A DNA stretch of 64,000 nucleotides from Sedimentisphaerales bacterium (GTDB lineage: Bacteria; Planctomycetota; Phycisphaerae; Sedimentisphaerales; SM23-30): the NCBI GenBank assembly GCA_963666285.1, contig OY762711.1; one strand, written 5' to 3'. Positions 61,912 through 64,000 of the stretch are shown here, one piece after another; within the stretch, counting starts at the first letter, position 1, and the number at the start of each line of letters is the position of its first letter. Both the position numbers and the translations under genes were made by a program. The notes under the pieces were generated by a model. The model had not been told where the DNA came from. It saw only the letters and a program-made list of their open reading frames with translations, and made no database searches.

Positions 61912-63714
61912 ATGAATAATCTTGATTATGGAGTAATTGGAAATTGTAAAAGTGCCGCTTTGGTCTCAAAAGACGGAAGTATTGACTGGTGTTGTCTGCC
62001 TGATTTTGACTCTTCTTCGTTCTTTGCAAAGATTTTAGATCAAGAGAGGGGTGGTTGTTTTGCAATTGAGCCTGTAGGAGATTACAAGGTTACTCAAAAT
62101 TATATTCCCCGCACAAACATACTTACAACAACTTATACTCACGGGCAGACAAAATTTGAAGTAAATGATTTTATGCCGAGATTTCAAAATACGCAGGGAC
62201 AGTATCATTGTCCGCCTGAAATTATCAGGTATATCCGTGTATTAAAAGGAAGACCGGAGATTCGTGTAATTTATGATCCTCGTCCGGCGTATGCTCAATA
62301 TGAAGCATCCAAGACTTTGACTGAGCATTATCTTAAACATTACACAACTGAAGGACCGTACGAATCAGTTTATTTATATAGCGATCTGGAATTAAGTGAT
62401 ATTGCCGATAGTCGTCCTGTTTTGCTGGAAGATGATTGTTTTATGGCAGTTTGCTATAATCAGAAATTGTATAAGCCTGACTTGGATTGGGTGGTTCTTG
62501 AATTTGAACGTACAAAAGTATATTGGATGGGATGGCTTGCTAAGACAACAGTCATGTCAGGTTATCAGAAAGAAATCGAAAGAAGCTCACTTGTTTTGAA
62601 GATGCTTGCTTCGCAGAAGACAGGTGCTATTTTGGCGGCTGTAACTACTAGTCTTCCTGAAACGATAGGTGAAGTGCGTAACTGGGATTATCGTTTTTGT
62701 TGGATTCGTGATGCTTCTATGACTATTAATATTCTAGTCCGTCTTGGGCATTATAATGTTGCCAAGCGATTCTTGAACTTTATTTTGGATATTGTCCCAT
62801 TTAAGGATGAACGTGTCCAGATTATGTATCCTGTCAACCATCGAAGAAGTATGGAAGAAAAAGTTCTGCCTTGGCTGGGAGGTTATGAAAATTCCAGGCC
62901 GGTAAGAATAGGTAATGCTGCTGCTCTTCAAAAGCAGAATGATATTTATGGGGTTTTGCTTGATGCTATTTATCAAAGTTTGCAGTTTTTCCATGATACT
63001 ATGGATAATAAAGAGGATGTCTGGACTGTAGTTCGTACTTTAGCACGTCATGTTGAGCATAACTGGCAGGAACTGGATTCAGGTATCTGGGAATTCAGGA
63101 CAGAGCAAAAACATTTTGTTTTTTCAAAAATTCTATGTTGGGCTGCTATGGATAGAGCTGCCAGGATAGCGGCTTTTTTTGAGAAACGAAATGAAGCCAG
63201 GGAATATTCCAAGTTCCGTGATAATATAAGGCAGGATATCCTGGAAAATGGTTGTGACCCGGAAACCGGGGCTTTGGTTCAGCATTATGGCTCTGAAGCA
63301 TTAGATGCTTCAAATCTATTGGCACAGCAATATGGCTTTTTGTCCTCCAAAGATCCAATATTTGAAAAGACTGTTTTGCAAACTTATGACAGGCTCTGCA
63401 AAGATGGGCTTATGTATCGCTATAAAACGCCAGATGATTTTGGTGAGCCTAAATCATCTTTTACTGTTTGTACCTTCTGGATGATTAAGAGCCTTTATCT
63501 TATCGGGCACAAAGAGCAGGCCGTTGAAATGTTTGAGAAACTCCTGTCATATAGTAATCATCTGGGGTTGTTTAGTGAAGATATTGACTTTGCATCTAAA
63601 CGATTACTTGGGAATTTCCCGCAAGGGTATTCTCATATTGCGCTTATAGATACGGCCCTGACAATTTCTAATAGTCCCAGCTGGTTTATTGAGGCGGAGG
63701 ATTTTCGGCCTTAA
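61912..63714 (+). CDS. Glycoside hydrolase family 15 (trehalase/glucoamylase-like)
   Basis: TTSLPE, RNWDYRFCWIRD, GIWEFR and LGNFPQGYSH motifs. Confidence 0.92.
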   Translation: MNNLDYGVIGNCKSAALVSKDGSIDWCCLPDFDSSSFFAKILDQERGGCFAIEPVGDYKVTQNYIPRTNILTTTYTHGQTKFEVNDFMPRFQNTQGQYHCPPEIIRYIRVLKGRPEIRVIYDPRPAYAQYEASKTLTEHYLKHYTTEGPYESVYLYSDLELSDIADSRPVLLEDDCFMAVCYNQKLYKPDLDWVVLEFERTKVYWMGWLAKTTVMSGYQKEIERSSLVLKMLASQKTGAILAAVTTSLPETIGEVRNWDYRFCWIRDASMTINILVRLGHYNVAKRFLNFILDIVPFKDERVQIMYPVNHRRSMEEKVLPWLGGYENSRPVRIGNAAALQKQNDIYGVLLDAIYQSLQFFHDTMDNKEDVWTVVRTLARHVEHNWQELDSGIWEFRTEQKHFVFSKILCWAAMDRAARIAAFFEKRNEAREYSKFRDNIRQDILENGCDPETGALVQHYGSEALDASNLLAQQYGFLSSKDPIFEKTVLQTYDRLCKDGLMYRYKTPDDFGEPKSSFTVCTFWMIKSLYLIGHKEQAVEMFEKLLSYSNHLGLFSEDIDFASKRLLGNFPQGYSHIALIDTALTISNSPSWFIEAEDFRP

Positions 63715-63718
63715 AACA

Positions 63719-64000
63719 TTAACTGTTTGCCGTTGCTCTGTAAAAACGGCCGGTAGCTTCAGCTTTTGTTTTATTGCCTTGGCATATTTGAGCTTTTAAA
63801 CTATATAATCCGTGCGATTCACTAACCAGCCACGCGTTAACCTCAGTTTCGACTTCTATTTCGATGGCGTGCCGATATTTTGTGGTTAGTTCTATTGTTA
63901 AAGCTTTGATACCCAGGGCAAACAGGCAGTGTACCATGGCACAATCAAGAATGGAAGCTGTGATGCCGCCATGAACAATGCCGTTGTAACCCTGATATTT
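63719..64000 (-). CDS. PaaI family thioesterase, 5'-truncated by the window edge
   Basis: Frame is open to the edge: KYQGYNGIVHGGITASILDCAM hot-dog-fold motif. Confidence 0.85.
   Translation of the reverse strand, partial: KYQGYNGIVHGGITASILDCAMVHCLFALGIKALTIELTTKYRHAIEIEVETEVNAWLVSESHGLYSLKAQICQGNKTKAEATGRFYRATANS

Overview
Bacterial chromosomal window, probably from an anaerobic saccharolytic planctomycete (Phycisphaerae/Sedimentisphaerales-like). That assignment is inferred from the secreted LamG/dockerin-like/CotH-LTD proteins, hydF and a Lys/Ala histone-H1-like gene. Housekeeping and metabolic genes: SLC12-like permease, truD, clpB (with a consensus sigma-54 promoter), gpmI, S41 protease, hydF, GH2, a frameshifted nrpR divergent from an FMN glutamate-synthase-like gene, a RACo/ASKHA activator, two diguanylate cyclases, a GTDC1/QTMAN-like glycosyltransferase, a six-gene hydroxyproline catabolic operon, a 1973-aa CotH/LTD/LamG protein, a hexuronate cluster that appears to route mannonate through a LarA-family epimerase to gluconate and gnd, and a trehalose TPS/TPP + GH15 pair. 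Accessory DNA: a RhuM locus with two decayed KilA-N-like remnants, an IS30 with an apparent adjacent deletion, a transposase-less IS481-like relic, and three families of palindromic MITE-like repeats. The most unusual signal is a small SEC-C gene (10667-10910, minus strand) missing from the ORF track. It has a strong RBS and its own terminator, but reads as one 79-aa protein with a complete CPCGSGxxFKKCC motif only through four serial +1 frameshifts, at AAA-UAA, UUU-UAA, UUU-C and UUU-UGA. All family assignments come from motif recognition, not database searches.
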